NCBI GenBank assembly: GCA_054600435.1
Contig: BAAIJX010000023.1
Span: forward strand, 310,001 to 373,272
From: Neophaeotheca triangularis
Lineage: Eukaryota
Reading direction: 5' to 3'
Length of the DNA: 63,272 nucleotides
Shown here: one piece after another, positions 25,677 to 38,881 of the stretch
How positions within the stretch are numbered: position 1 is the stretch's first letter
Layout: every line of letters begins with the position of its first letter
Position numbers and translations under genes: made by a program
The notes under the pieces: model-generated
The model's input: the letters and a program-made list of their open reading frames with translations, nothing else
Told to the model about the DNA's origin: nothing
The model's database searches: none

Positions 25677-26432
25677 TGTGGAACCGGGGTGCGTTTAGTT
25701 ACCGCAGGAGGTAGTTTGCAAAGGATGATGATTTTGGCTGTAGGCGCGGTTAAAATTTCGAGATTGTCGAAACGAGGTCAAAAGCAGCCAATGGCAACCC
25801 CTGGCAGCCTCCCGTCCTGAGAGGCTGAGACAGCTCTAGCGCCAAACTCTGTTCCACCTTCCCACGTTACGTCTGTGGCTTGCCAGGTTGCCTCGAGGTT
25901 GCCAGGTGAGGGTGGAAGCCACAAGCACCTGCATCCAAACAGGGTCGAATGACCTGTAAAGTCACTTTCAAGCTTCGACTCTATCTTGATACATCCACCA
26001 CTCCTTTACACACTTGATCTGTATTTGTAACGGCCACAACGTGCTCTACAGAATACATTTGGGCGCATACCACGGCCTTGTACTGGACACGTCAAGGCGA
26101 CCTCATACCAGCCAACGCCGCCAGCTCTGCATTGCTTCCCATATAAGGTAAGCTACATTCCTCGAGCCCCGTCCTGCTTGCGACGGGCAACCGTTCTCGC
26201 GCATCTCCTTGGTTTGCGCACGCAGCATCCATTCTCCATTGTCTCATTGTATTCATTTGTGTCTGGAACACAGTCTCGCACCCTTACATGGCACCACATC
26301 AGTCTAATCGCAACACCTAATAGATCGCAACAAACAAGCGCGCAAACACCTGCACCCTCTACAGCGCAAACCCTCAGCAACCGCATACCTCTTAGCCTTC
26401 CTTCTCAAACCACGCCAACCAACCTCCCCAAA

Positions 26433-26986
26433 ATGGCCATCTTCGACTTCCTCCACCACCACAGTCACTCGGGCGGCACCATCGGCGCCATAATCCGCCT
26501 CGTCCTGCGCTTCCTGCAATTCGTCTTCGCCCTAACGGTCGCGGGTCTCTACGGTGTAGACTTGCACAATGCCAACAAAGTCGACGCTTACACGGACGGG
26601 AAATGGGTCTTTGCGGAAGTGGTAGCAGGGCTAGCCGCAGTGACGGTCATTGTCTACGCCGTGCCATTTATCAAGAGCTACTGGGGGTTCGGGTGGGATT
26701 GGATCATGTTGTGAGTCAGCTCTACAGTACTGCGCACATGCGAAGCACGTATCGCTAACGAAATGTTGGCAGTATCCTCTGGACCGCCGTCTTCGGAGTC
26801 TTCGGCCGCATCTACATCCCTGCCAACCCGACTCCGGAACAGCACGGACAACACCGCATGAAGAATGCTGTCTGGATTGATCTGGTGAACATGCTGCTTT
26901 GGTTCGTCACGGCCATCTACTCGACCGTGATTTGGTGGCGCAGCCGGGTGTCTACGACCATGCACACTGGACGCGCGCACGTTTAG
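26433..26986 (+). CDS. MARVEL-domain 4-TM membrane protein, 2 exons
   Basis: LRFLQFVFALTVAGLYGVDL; KWVFAEVVAGL; after the intron ILWTAVFGVFGRIY...RMKNAVWIDLVNMLLW. Confidence 0.8.
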
Positions 26987-27764
26987 GGAGCGAGGGATGG
27001 CTTCTATCCGGAGGTTGGAACGGTGCCGGCTAAGATGGGTAGAGTAAGAACGGATTGGGAGGGCCAAGGGCGGTACGCAGGTGGAGTGGTGGTTGGGTAT
27101 AATGTTGGCAGATGCTGAAGGGCGCATCCAAGGGGGATTCCTGTCGACGCGAGGAGTGACACGACTGTGAGTTTTGTTCATGGCTTTTACGATACCCTTG
27201 CTGTAGCGTTTGCGGTGGTTGGTTCTAATGGCGATATGAGTATATGGAGAGTGGACGAGGCCCTACCATAAGGCCATGTCTTTCGCGTTGCATTGAAACA
27301 AACCTTTCCACCTATCTGCCAAGCTAGACTTTGAGATGGTACTTAAAAATTTTCCTGATAGTCGAGGATTAAGAATAAGGTGGAGAAGAGGCGCGTGATG
27401 GTTCATTATACCTGAGCCAAGCGAAAGCCCCACAGGGCTGACCGACTGGACGAGCCGAGTCAGGCACAGCTTGAGCTTCCAACTTCCGTTCTTAGGTAGA
27501 ATGCGCCAGGACGCCGACGTGTTTCACTCCCACTTTGTCCCCTCAAAAGTCGCCATTGCATCCTCGCGATACCATTGATATACACGTGATCATCCAGCAG
27601 TACTGACCCTACGACCATTATCCATGCGCAGGCACAGGCACAGGCACAGCATGTAACCGAGTCCCTCAATCGCAACCTAAGCGCGGGGCCAACAACACCT
27701 CCACGACCGTCACCATCACCTCCACCGCAACGGGACGACAGCAGCAGCAGCAGCAGCAACAAAC

Positions 27765-30700
27765 ATGTTCCTCCAGAATCTCGTCTCCAAAGCGCAATCC
27801 CTTATCGACCCGGCCACCCTCCCGGGCCCTCTAGGCCAAAATTCCAGCAGCAAACCCTCCAAAGCCGCCCTTTTCCGACACCAATTCCGCCTACCAGAGA
27901 CGCAAAACCCGCTCTACGAAATCACCGCCGAACTCACCCTCCCCGCCAAACCCAACAACAAAAAGCCCACAAACGGCCCCAACAAACCCCCGGCGACCGG
28001 AAGCTGGGACAAGAGCAATTGGGACCGCGCCAACGGCGGCAGCGGCACGCACTATGTAGGCCAGCTGCACCTGAGCGAGCAATTCCTCTGCTTTTCCACG
28101 GTCAACACGTCTTTCGTCTCGACGGCGTCTACGAGCGTGTCCTCCGCTTTCACCGGCCGCACACACGGCACAGGTCCGGCTGGGAATGGCTTCACTCTGC
28201 CCTTATGCGCCGTGCGCCGGGTCGAGCGCCTGCAGACGCAAGCCTACATGTTCGCGCTGGCCATTACGACCTGGAACGGATTCGAAGCTGGAGGGGCGGG
28301 CAAAGAGGGAGCGCCGCCATCGCCGCCGAAACTCACGCTACAGCTGGAGGGCAGTCGGCAGCAGTGCGAGAGGTTTTGCGATGGGTTGAAAAAAGGGCTT
28401 CGACAGGGAGTGCGTGAGGTGGAGAATATGCGTGCCGTGACTGCCGAGTGCTATAGTGAGTACTTTCTGTCTTCGGAGTTTGAGGCCGCGCCTTCGACGG
28501 CTGGAGCCAGCTTGATAGATGAGGCTGAGGAAAAGAAGCCGCCGGATACTGGGCTGGGGACTGTGTTCAAGTATCCGGGGAATAGTAAAAAGTTGCGGGA
28601 TCGAAGCAAGATGCGCTTGTGGCACGAGTACATGAAGGAAAATGGACGGAATGCGACAATGGTGCGACAGCCGGACTTTCATCGTTTGATACGTGTTGGG
28701 CTGCCAAATTTGCTCAGGGGCGAGATTTGGGAACTTACGTCTGGGTCGTTTTTCCTGCGCTTGCAGAAGCCAAAACTCTACCAGGAGATGCTCGCCAAGC
28801 ATGAGGGTGAGGGGTCCCTCGCTATCGACGAGATTGAGAAGGACTTGAACCGCAGTCTCCCCGAATACGCTGGATTCCAGAGCGAGGAGGGAATTGGCCG
28901 ATTACGAAGAGTGCTCACCGCGTATAGCTGGACGAACGCCGAGGTGGGTTATTGCCAGGCCATGAATATCGTCGTGGCGGCGCTCTTGATGTACGTTATC
29001 CCTACCTCTCCCACAGTCTCCGCATCGATGGCAAGTTCGTAGCTAAGTATGTACAGCTACCTTTCGGAGACGCAAGCATTCTACGTCTTGTCTACACTCT
29101 GCGATCGACTGCTCCCGGGCTACTACTCAACAACAATGTACGGCACACTACTCGACCAGCGTGTCTTCGAATCGCTCGTGGAAAAAACCATGCCGATCAT
29201 CTGGGAACACCTCGTCACACACGACGTACAGCTCTCCGTCGTGTCGCTCCCCTGGTTCCTCTCCCTCTACATCAACAGCATGCCACTGATCTTCGCCTTT
29301 CGCGTCCTCGACGTCTTCTTCCTCGAAGGACCCAAAGTGCTCTTCCAAGTCGGCCTAGCCATTCTCCGCATCAACGGCGAAGAGCTTCTCGACGCCACGG
29401 ACGACGGCACCTTCATCAGCGTCCTCAAAACCTACTTTTCCCGCCTCGGTGACTCGGCCCACCCCAAGAGCGAAAACCCCAAACATCGCGCCATCACCAA
29501 TTTTCAAGCACTCATGGTTGTCGCATTCAAGGAATTTGACGGCATAACCCAACACACAATCTCCGAGCAACGTTCCAAACACAAAGCCGCCGTCCTCGAC
29601 AACATCGAGTCGTTTGCCAAACGCACAAGCATACGCAATCTCGGCCCTGAAAGCAAGAAACTCTCCACCAACGACCTGGGTTTCCTCTACGATCGCTTTT
29701 ACGGAGTGCTCTACGAACGCCAGCAACGTCTTCAACTCCTCCAGCAAGCCGAGCAAGCGGAAAAAGCCCGCAAAAACAGGGCCGCGCGCTCGCGAGCTTC
29801 GGAACTGGTGACGGGGATAGCGACCAATACCCCTGAAATGGGCCGTGTGGGGTTAGGTCCCAGCCCCACGCAGATGGACTACGACGCTTTCCGCGAGTTC
29901 TTGGCTGGTATCGCCAAATGGGCGGTTACGGACTCCCCTAGTAGTCCGCAAAACGACACCACGAGCGGCAGGAGCGCATATTTCAACACTTTTCCCGGTC
30001 GCGGGGGCAGGAGCGGGAGTTCACAGCTCTCGCCTTGGGGTGCGGGGCCAGAACCGGCAGAGCACGAGTTCTTGCGACGCTTGTTCAAGAAATGGGACTC
30101 ACATGGTTCGGGGGAGATTGGGTTACAAGATGTCGTCGCTGGGTTGGCGGCAATCAAAGGCGAGAGGGATATCATGGCTTCGATTAGCTACTTCTTTGAA
30201 CTTTACGACGACGATGGTGATGGGAGGGTGGATCGGGAGGGCATGCTGAGGATTTCGGAGGCGTTGTTGTTTTTGAGTCGGAGAGGGGTTCCCGGGGCTA
30301 CGGCAACGCCTGGGGGTAGTGGAGTGCTGGAGAGCGAGGCTATTGGGCCGGATGGACTGGCGGTTAGGAGGGAGAACAAGGATGAGCAGTTTTTGTCGGC
30401 CGTGAGTGCTTTTATCAGGCGATGCTTCGAATATGCTGATCCAGATCATGCTGCTGGACAATCGGGGCAGGAGACTGATGGTGCGGCTGAGGAGATTGGA
30501 AAATTCAGTCTAGGCGACGATGACGAAGACGAGGTCGACCTCCTGGGAGGCAACGAGAAGACTGACACCAAAACCGCCGACACAATAACCACAACGGAGA
30601 ACCCTCTCGCCACACACTCCGACAAAACCTCCCCACAACCTAGCACAACACCAAGCGCCCAGGACTCCTCCCTCCTCTCGCGCCCCAACACCCACACCTT

Positions 30701-31352
30701 CGGCCAAACCTCGACAACCGTCTCCGCCAATGCGGCCCTCGACCCCTCCTCTCCCGTTCACATCACCCTCCCAACCTTCCGCATGCTAGTCCTCGCCGAC
30801 GAAACGCTCGAAACCTTTTTCGACAGCGGGTTCGCCAACTCCTTCCATCTCGCCGACCTCCCCTTACCCTCCTCAACCATCACCTCGCCTTCCTACCTCA
30901 ACCTCTCCTCCGCCCCACCCGGCGCAGGCATCCCCGGCGCTCTCAACGCCACGGGCGTCGGCGGCGCGGGTGCCGGCGTCGTGCCACCCGGTGCTGGCGG
31001 CGGCAAGGGCTTGCGCGGCATGCTCGACAACATCGTCACCGATGGCATGAGAGTCGCCGCCGAGGTTCGGAGGCGCATGGACGAGACGCAGAGGTTGGTG
31101 GATGAGGGTGGGAGCTCGAGGGGCACAGGACAGGGTGAGGAGGAGGACGAAGAGGGTGAAGATGGGGCGGATTTGCTTATGGGGGCGGAAGCGGATGCGG
31201 GGGGCGCTGTGAGGCCCGAGAATGAGCGGGGAGATCCTTCGCTCGAGGGACGGCCGTTGGAAGAGGGTCATGGGCCGGCGCCTGTGGAGGGCGGGAAGGA
31301 GGGTTCTGCTGGTGCTGCTGGAGGGGAGAAGAGTACCATGTTTGAGCGGTAA
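27765..31352 (+). CDS. GYP2: Rab GTPase-activating protein (GRAM + TBC + EF-hand), Gyp2/Mdr1-like, 2 exons
   Basis: FRHQFRLP; IEKDLNRS and GYCQAMN TBC fingers; intron 28991-29056; EF-hand YDDDGDGRVDRE. Confidence 0.88.
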
Positions 31353-31957
31353 TGATGAGGGTATTGACGCGCTATGGTGATGAATTTTTCGACTTGATCT
31401 GGGAAGTGGCAAGCGAAGTGGGTATAGGAGGCGTTTTCTCGGCGCACGCTTGGGCGAGGGACGGGAGCTTTTATATCTACAGGTAGCCATGGTAAAAAAG
31501 GCTCTCGCAAGCTAGGTACGCATTTCTCAGTGGGAAGGGAACAGGATTTCCCTCCAGCAATCTGCGTTGTAGATCTTTTGGCGTTGTCCGTAGCGGCCGC
31601 GAAAGAAGAGTGAAGATTTACTCTGAATTCGCTCTGACGTATCTTCACTCTTTCTTATCGAATCCCGTCGCTGGATAACGGAAAATGGACTATGCCCAGT
31701 GTTTCGTCAGTTGGCTAAAGAGGTTTACACCAACCTCATCTCTCCCGACGTCCGGCGAGGTTGGAATTTCCATTGGAGAGAGGTGGCGTCGCGGATCTCG
31801 ACTCTGATTGCTCCTCCGAAGTCTCAACTTGCTGCCTTTGCGCAGGAAAGTGACCAGAACCTCCGAGAGGTCAGAAGACAAAATCGTTGACCTCGTACTA
31901 ACAACAATTCTTCCCAGAGCAGCTCTCCTTCATTCATGCAACCTCTATGTTTTCCGC

Positions 31958-33407
31958 TCAGGCTACCATCTCCAGTATCTCCCAGACCTGCTCCGCTTTC
32001 AGCAAGGGCACGGGATTGGTAGCAGCCCAGAAATCGTCCAGAGCCCGTCGCGAGAGTTTCGGTATCATGTCTATGGTGATACCCATTTCCGACAGCGTTC
32101 GCGGCAGTTCCAGTGATCGAACTACGGCGTCCAAGGCATCTCCCAAATCAGCTGCGTCGCGATCGAGACCCGCTTTCTCGAGAATATCCGTGACCTGCGC
32201 TTCCGACCAGAGGATGTCGAGGACCCTTTGTTGTTTGTGGAGGATCTCTGGATTGTTGCCGGCGTGCTTCGAGTTGTATTTCATGACGGCCGGACACATG
32301 ATGCAGCTTGTGACTCCGTGCGGCACTCCGAGAGGACCTGCACGTCGGTTAGCATGAGATCAACTAGCACCGTCAGGTCTGAGTTACCAATCTGGTGCCC
32401 GATAGCATGACTTCCACCCATCGGTACGCCTGAGCGAACACTCTCCATAGCCAAGCGCACGGCCATTTGGCAGTTGCGTCTGGCTTCGACATCTGACTTG
32501 TCGAGTTTACACCGTAATAAACTCGGCACGAGCAGCTTCAGAGCTTCCTCGGCTGTCTGGTCTGAGTCCGCCGTTGCTTGCGGTGAGCAGATGGCCTCGA
32601 CGCAGTGGTCGACGCTCCGCATCCCCGTGCTCAGCCAGGCGTACTCAGGGGTCGTGAGGCACAACTCGGGATCCAGGATGACGAGTTTAGACCCCATTCC
32701 GGAGTGCATGAAGGCTTGCTTGTGTTTAGTGGCGTCGTCTGTTGCCCCTGCTAGGCTAAAATACTGCAAGTTCGTTAGCTAGGATATACGAATTCGAAGT
32801 CGACGACAAGACTCGCCTCGCCACCTGACAGGGAAGTCGGGATCGTTATCAACGCCACCGTCGGCTGCTCAACAACTTCAGGTGCATCTTTGCTCTCGAT
32901 CGAGTATCGCGCGAGTTGCTCGGGCTTGCTGATACCGTTCGCCAGTGCCGGTGGTCAAGGTCAGCATTCCATCATGGCTGAACCTCACAGACAGTTGGGC
33001 GAGCCCCTTACCAGCACAACTATCTTACACCCATCTGTGATGCTCCCTGCCCCGAGCGTTACAATGCAATCAACCCTCAGCCTCCTGCATTCCGCCGTGA
33101 TCGTCAAGATCTCAGACCATGGCGTGTGCGGCGTAATGCCCTTTCGCACACCAACAACCTTTGAATCGCCGACGGACGATACGAGCCGGTCGAGTTTGTC
33201 AGTGTTGGCGGCCAAAGACTTGGAAGCTACGATGTAGACGCGGGATGCTTTGAAGGTATTGGTGATGTACTTGGCGCACGCGTCGTCGTATGGCAACCCG
33301 TAGGAAATATAGGGAGTGGTCAATTTAAGGTGTTGAGTCGGGATGCCTGCCAAGTTCGTCCCGGGGGATGTGGTGAATGCTGGTTTGTAGGTTTCCATGG
33401 CGGCCAT
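31958..33407 (-). CDS. Iron-containing alcohol dehydrogenase family protein, 4 exons; possibly splice-defective
   Basis: LGAGSITDGCK; IPTSLSGGE; MRSVDHCVEA; GSHAIGHQIGPLGVPHGVTSC. The intron 1 acceptor reads CG and intron 2 has a GC donor. Confidence 0.85.
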
Positions 33408-34087
33408 CGCTGTAAGGGATCTTCTAACGAAAGGGTGTTTTTCGTGCTTCTATTTGACAATTTGTATGGAGCCGTTGCCACATCTGAGAAGGTGAATGGA
33501 TGATCTCCTCGAGGGTATCTCGTTATTACGATTTCGATGCCCGTTTCAAGACCTCCACTCCGTGGCAACTCTAACTCAAGACCATGACTCGCACGTCGAG
33601 CGTACCTGATCACAAAACGACGCCACCACCTAGTAAAATTGGTGGAGAGGACTCGCAGCAAAGTCAGACTGTACGAAAGTCTCAAACGTATGGGAGAATC
33701 GTCGTCTAGTCAGAATCGTCGTGAATCGTCGCCTGGACGCAGATCAACACAAAGGAAGCGCAGCACTCGCCCCTATAGCGGCGAGAGTTCAGTAATAATA
33801 TGATTCACAGTAAAGATCCTCACTTGTGCCTTTGTGGTGTCGAGATGGAACAGAGGGACTCATATATTGTGGCATGCTTTTCAGTGCAAGGCGTCATCTG
33901 TATAATGCAGTTTACCTCGGGTCCGATCTCTTCATCACTCATCTCTGCCCCTCCCACCCGCGAGATCGCCGTTTTACTGTATTTCATGTCATCTTCCCAG
34001 GGTCGTCTGATTTGAAGAAGCGCCCACCCCTCGTATATCAAAGAGTCTTATCAATCACCCTACAATCTCAAATCAACACTTGTTAGG

Positions 34088-35261
34088 ATGTCTGACCAAG
34101 AACTCGTTCGGGACCCTACCTTTGTCAATGCGGAACTTCAAGAGGTCCGATTGCATGCTTATATATGTATAACAAAACGACACTGACATACCATAGCTCT
34201 TAGACCAAAGCGGTCCGGTGCCTAGTCTCGGAGCATCGACAGATATCCACGCTCTTCGAAAGACCCTACAGGAGCGCAAGCTAGCCCTGACGGCCTCCAA
34301 CACCGACGCTTCTGCCAAAACAGACGTTGGGGAGTTCGATCATCAAGTGACTACGCGCGATGGCAAAGATATCACTGTGAGGATTTACCGCAAGGCGAGT
34401 GCTCTACCGGGACCTGCTATGGTCATGCTTCACGGCGGCGGCTTTATCCTGGGCGGTCTTGACAACGAGGCTTTGCTCTGTCACAAGTGGTGCGAGTTGG
34501 GCGGTGTGAGCATCAACGTCGAATACAGACTGGCGCCGGAATCGAAATTTCCTACTCCAGTGTATGACAGCTACGATGCTGCCCTCTGGGTGAGTATGCC
34601 TTGCGGCCTTTTGCTTTGGGACGATTTCACTGAACATATTCAAAGACTGTTGCGAACTGCGGCTCGATTGGGGCCAATCTTTCGAAGGGCTTCATTTTAG
34701 CTGGCATATCTGCTGGAGCAAACCTGGCCGCTGTCGTCAGCCACCTTTGGCGTGACGAAAGCAAGCAACCGGCTCTGACAGGGCTGTATCTATCTATACC
34801 CAGCGTACTATCACCGCAAGCAGTGCCGGAGAAGTACAAGCTCGTCTACAATAGCAGAGAGCAGAACAAACACGCCCCAATCTTGAATGAGGGTGCAATG
34901 GCTCTGATGGGCAGTACGATCGGCCCCATTACTTTAAACCCTTGACGCGTTGACGTTGACCTCGCCTGTAGGGCTCTACGAAGCCGACCCGGCATCCCCT
35001 CTCATGTCGCCAATGCTGTTTGAGACCGGCCATCGCGGGCTTCCTCCTACTTACTTTCAGATCTGTGGCATGGACCCTCTGCGAGACGAAGGACTCATCT
35101 ATGAACAGGTTCTCCGCGAAGAGTGCGGTGTCAAGACTAAGATGGATCTATATCCGGGTCTCCCGCATGGTTTCTGGTCGTGGTGGCCAACGGCTGACTT
35201 TAGTCGGCAGCAGTTGCAGGACTCGATTGAAGGTTTCCGTTGGCTGCTTGGGAACCCGTAA
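34088..35261 (+). CDS. HSL-family esterase/lipase (abhydrolase_3), 4 exons
   Basis: LHGGGF oxyanion motif; AGISAGAN nucleophile; DPLRDEG; PGLPHGF. Three canonical introns restore the frame. Confidence 0.9.
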
Positions 35262-35457
35262 GTAGGGGGATGAGTTAGCATGATCGTGTGGCTATTGCTG
35301 CGTCCACGACACAATGGCCGGGAGTTCAATAGTAATTGGCTTTTTGTTAGTAAACAATGGGTCGACGGTATATCACCTTAACCCAACGACCTCAGCGAAC
35401 GATCACAAGCGTCGAAGTCGTCACGATAAAGCGGCCATTGGCAAGTCATACAATCAA

Positions 35458-37333
35458 TTATTCATACAAATACCCCACCAATTTCCTCCTAATCTTTCTA
35501 GGCCCAGGATAGATCTTGTGACCGCAGTCGAATACAAAGGGGTTCTTCTCGTCACCCCTAGCTACGACGCGCGGGCCCCTAGCGAGCTGTTCCTCCAACT
35601 TCAGCATGCGAAGCTGGAGTCTTAGTAGGTCGTCTTTCGTCAGACCCGAAGGTTCCCGCTGTCGGGACTCGTTCGCTTTGGGTTTGGTCGTCTCTGCTGC
35701 GTCCTCGTCTCTGGTGTTCGCTTCCGCGTCCTTTAGCTGTGGCTTGGTGGTGGGTGTTGAGGTCTTGTCGGCATGGGAATCCGAATTGTTGTTGGCTGTG
35801 TCCATACTCGAATGGGTATTGAAGCTTGACTGATTGTTCGAGCTCGAATAGTAGTACGAGGAACTGGTGAAGTTCGAGTCATTCGAGAAATTGTTTTGGT
35901 CCTGGAACTGCCCGAAAGATCTTGCCTCCAATCTCATATTCAACTGCTCCTCTTTCTTCTCCAGTTCCGCTTCGCGTCGCAACACCTTTTGCAGTTTGGT
36001 CTCTGCGGCTTTCGCTTGCACGGCTTGCTCTTGTTGTTGTTGCGAATGAGCCATCATCCTCTCCCGGAACGACCTGAAGCGCTCTTCCAAATCTTCTCTC
36101 TCATGCTTCAACGCATCGCCTTGCTTCTGTACGTCGCTCGACCTAGCCTCCGCCGTCTTCAACTTTTCTTGCACCTCCTTTTCCTTGCGTGCCAGGGCGG
36201 CGTCTCGCCTTGCTAGCTCCTCCGCACTAGCCTTGTTTGACTTCCCACCAGACAGTGCTTCTTTCTCTTTCTGGCTAAATGTCGCTTCTCTTTGCTCAAG
36301 GTCCTTTGACTTTGCGTCCGCAGACCTCGTGCGAGCGTCAAGATCCTTTTCTTTTTGGGCGAGCGTTGCCTCTCGTTGCTCGAGGTCCTTTGACGACTCG
36401 GAGTCATCCGGCTTCCCATCGGATGAAGCATCCTTTTGTCTCTGCGTGAATTTGGCCTCTCGCTGTTCGAGATCCTTCGATTTGTCCTCGGCGGTTTTGA
36501 TACGAGCTTCAAAGTCATTCTCTTTCTGCTCGAGCGTACTCTCACGCTGCGCCAGGTCTTTCGACTTGGCTTCGGCTGCATTCGTTCGTGCTTCGTCGTC
36601 TCTTTCTTTCTTCTTCAACGCGGCCTCACGCTTCTCGGCCTCCTTCAACTTTGCCTTGGCCGCCTTGGACTTCTCTTTGCCCGCAGCCTCTCGTTCCTCA
36701 AGCTCTTTATGTTTCGTCTCAGCCGCTTTCGTTCTCTCGTTCAAGGTGGCTTCTCGTTGCTCGATGTCCTTCAGCTTGGCCTTGACTTCCTCGGACTCGT
36801 TGGCGCCTTGCACAGACCCCTGGCCAAGTGACTGAGGACCAAAACCGCCGCTCGGATCCATGAAATACCACGAGAGGCAGAATTCGTTGGGCGGCTAACT
36901 TTTGTCAGCGAACGATTTGGTGCAGAGATGGGTTTTGGCGTACCTCCCACGGCCACATATGCACCGTCATTCCCGGATGACCAGGCTGCACATTGATGCC
37001 TTGATAATGGTTTAAGAAGGCGCGGGGAGAGTCAACTGGACTCAAACGACAAGCGTGAGGCGCTCGCACACTGCTGTTGTCAACCTTCCACCACTGCTTC
37101 TTCCCTGCGACGCACGCGGCACCGGCATGACCACCATTGGCATGGAGATACTCGCTGGTGCCGCTATTACGTAGAGCGATGACATTGGGCTGATCGCATT
37201 GCTCGACAATCCATTTCTGTTGTTTGTCCTGGTCTCCAGGGCTTTGCGCGACGACGTTCTTGCTGTTAGGTTGGATCGAGAGCACCAGACCAGCTGAGAC
37301 GCTGGTCAAGTAGCACTCTTTTACGTCTGCCAT
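35458..37333 (-). CDS. Ricin-B/beta-trefoil-like N-terminal domain fused to a long repetitive coiled coil, 2 exons
   Basis: A 49-nt GTACGC...TAG intron (36895-36943) joins ...MWPWE to PPNEFCLSWYFMDPSGG in frame. QKW and QWW motifs; repeated KDLEQREA units. Confidence 0.7.
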
Positions 37334-38031
37334 GATGTTGTTAGTTTCTTGGAGAGGTTGATGGAGCGTTGGGGCCGACCATGATTGTCAATTTACTTGG
37401 ATATAGTTCCATTGAGTTCGAGGGGTTGGTTCCAACTTCGTCATTTGGAACGGCTGGACAACGGTGGGGTCCGAAACCCTGAATAGGTTATCGATGGGGT
37501 CCACACACATATTGGTGTGCGTGGTCTTGAAATGGACAGGCTTCTTCTTCCATCGAGACATCACGTCGCTATCATCAATCGTCAATATCCCCAAAAACCA
37601 CCTCGGCGCACTACGCTTCTGTTGCGGAATCCTGACGTACGGTCGTCGTATATACCATGAACACGCAAGCGTTGAGAGACGATTTGTCGACACTTGGCTC
37701 ATCGACGACGGTGCCCGGGTCATTGTTCATGAAATGAGCGGTATCTTAGAACGGGCATTTGCTCGCCCTTGTTATGTCTCGAGATCATGTTTCTAAAGAA
37801 AATCGAGGCTTACATCTCAGGTCTCATCGCCCTGAAACGGCTAGAAGGGGAAAACGAAGCTCCCAATTTGCCACGGGTCTCACGTTGATAGAGAACGTTA
37901 CAGTCGAGGTAGTCTGCCATTGCGAATCTACCCCTTCCATCCTTTAACGCTCAGTATTCATACTTTCTAAGCAAGCCGGTCTTGCGATTTTTCTTTACGC
38001 CATAACGTTTCTTGCCACACTGCGCTCAGAA

Positions 38032-38881
38032 ATGTCTTTCTTATCCAAACAATTCCTCGCCCTAACAGCGACTGCATTCCTGTCCGTCGAAGCTCAGTCC
38101 GCCAGCTTCGGCCCTGCATTCGGTACAGGCCCAGTCTCGCGTGGCACCTTCATCAGGGAATCGAATGCAACTTTGATACTGCCTCCTGCTTCAATCGGTT
38201 CCAATGGCGGCGACACAGCACTCTGGGTCGGCATGGGCACTTCGAACGCAGACCTCATCCAGTCCATCGCCTCCAACTATGATTCTGATGACTGGGATCT
38301 CTTTGCGTACACTCTAAAACGAGCTGGAAGTATGTTGGAAGACCAGAATCACGGAATTGGATGGCTTGCTGATCTGAATGGCTACAGCGCTCGGGCAAAA
38401 TCCTATCAAATCGCGAGAAGTAGCTCAAGGTGATGCGGACGACTATGTCAACTTCCACTGTATGTCTCGAAGTGTGATGAGCAATTGCTCAGATTCTCTC
38501 CTTGCTGACACTTCGCCCTCAGACAAGCTCAACGACGACACTGGCGACTACGATCAAGTAGTGTCCCTTAACGGTGTCACCGTCTCCACGCTCTCCACCA
38601 GCAGCGGACAGGCGAGGGGATGGGGCAGCAACGTGGAATGTGCTTCCGGATACTGTGGAACTGTGCCTGCTCATTGTGAGTTGTCACAATTTGGAGAATG
38701 ACATGTATTTTACTGACGAGGCGTAGCCTGGATCGATGTAACCATTACCATGGACCAACCTGACCCGAGATATGTGCGTACGCTCTACAAGAGCAGTGGC
38801 GTTACTGGTGATTTGGTGACTGGCGACGGGGGTAAGACTTGGACTGTTGACCGGATCGAGATTCCCGAGCATCAATTTTGA
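38032..38881 (+). CDS. Small secreted beta-sandwich protein (possibly G1 glutamic-peptidase/ConA-like fold), 4 exons
   Basis: Signal peptide. Three GT-AG introns give a continuous frame: LWVGMGT...DLIQSI...WGSNVEC...CGTVPAH...TGDGGKTW, ending in TGA. Confidence 0.75.

Noticed and set aside
16104..27760. Short microsatellites: (CAA)n ~16104, (TAGT)n ~16822, (GGCACA)n ~27630, (CAG)n ~27739
   Set aside because: Ordinary short intronic or UTR repeats.
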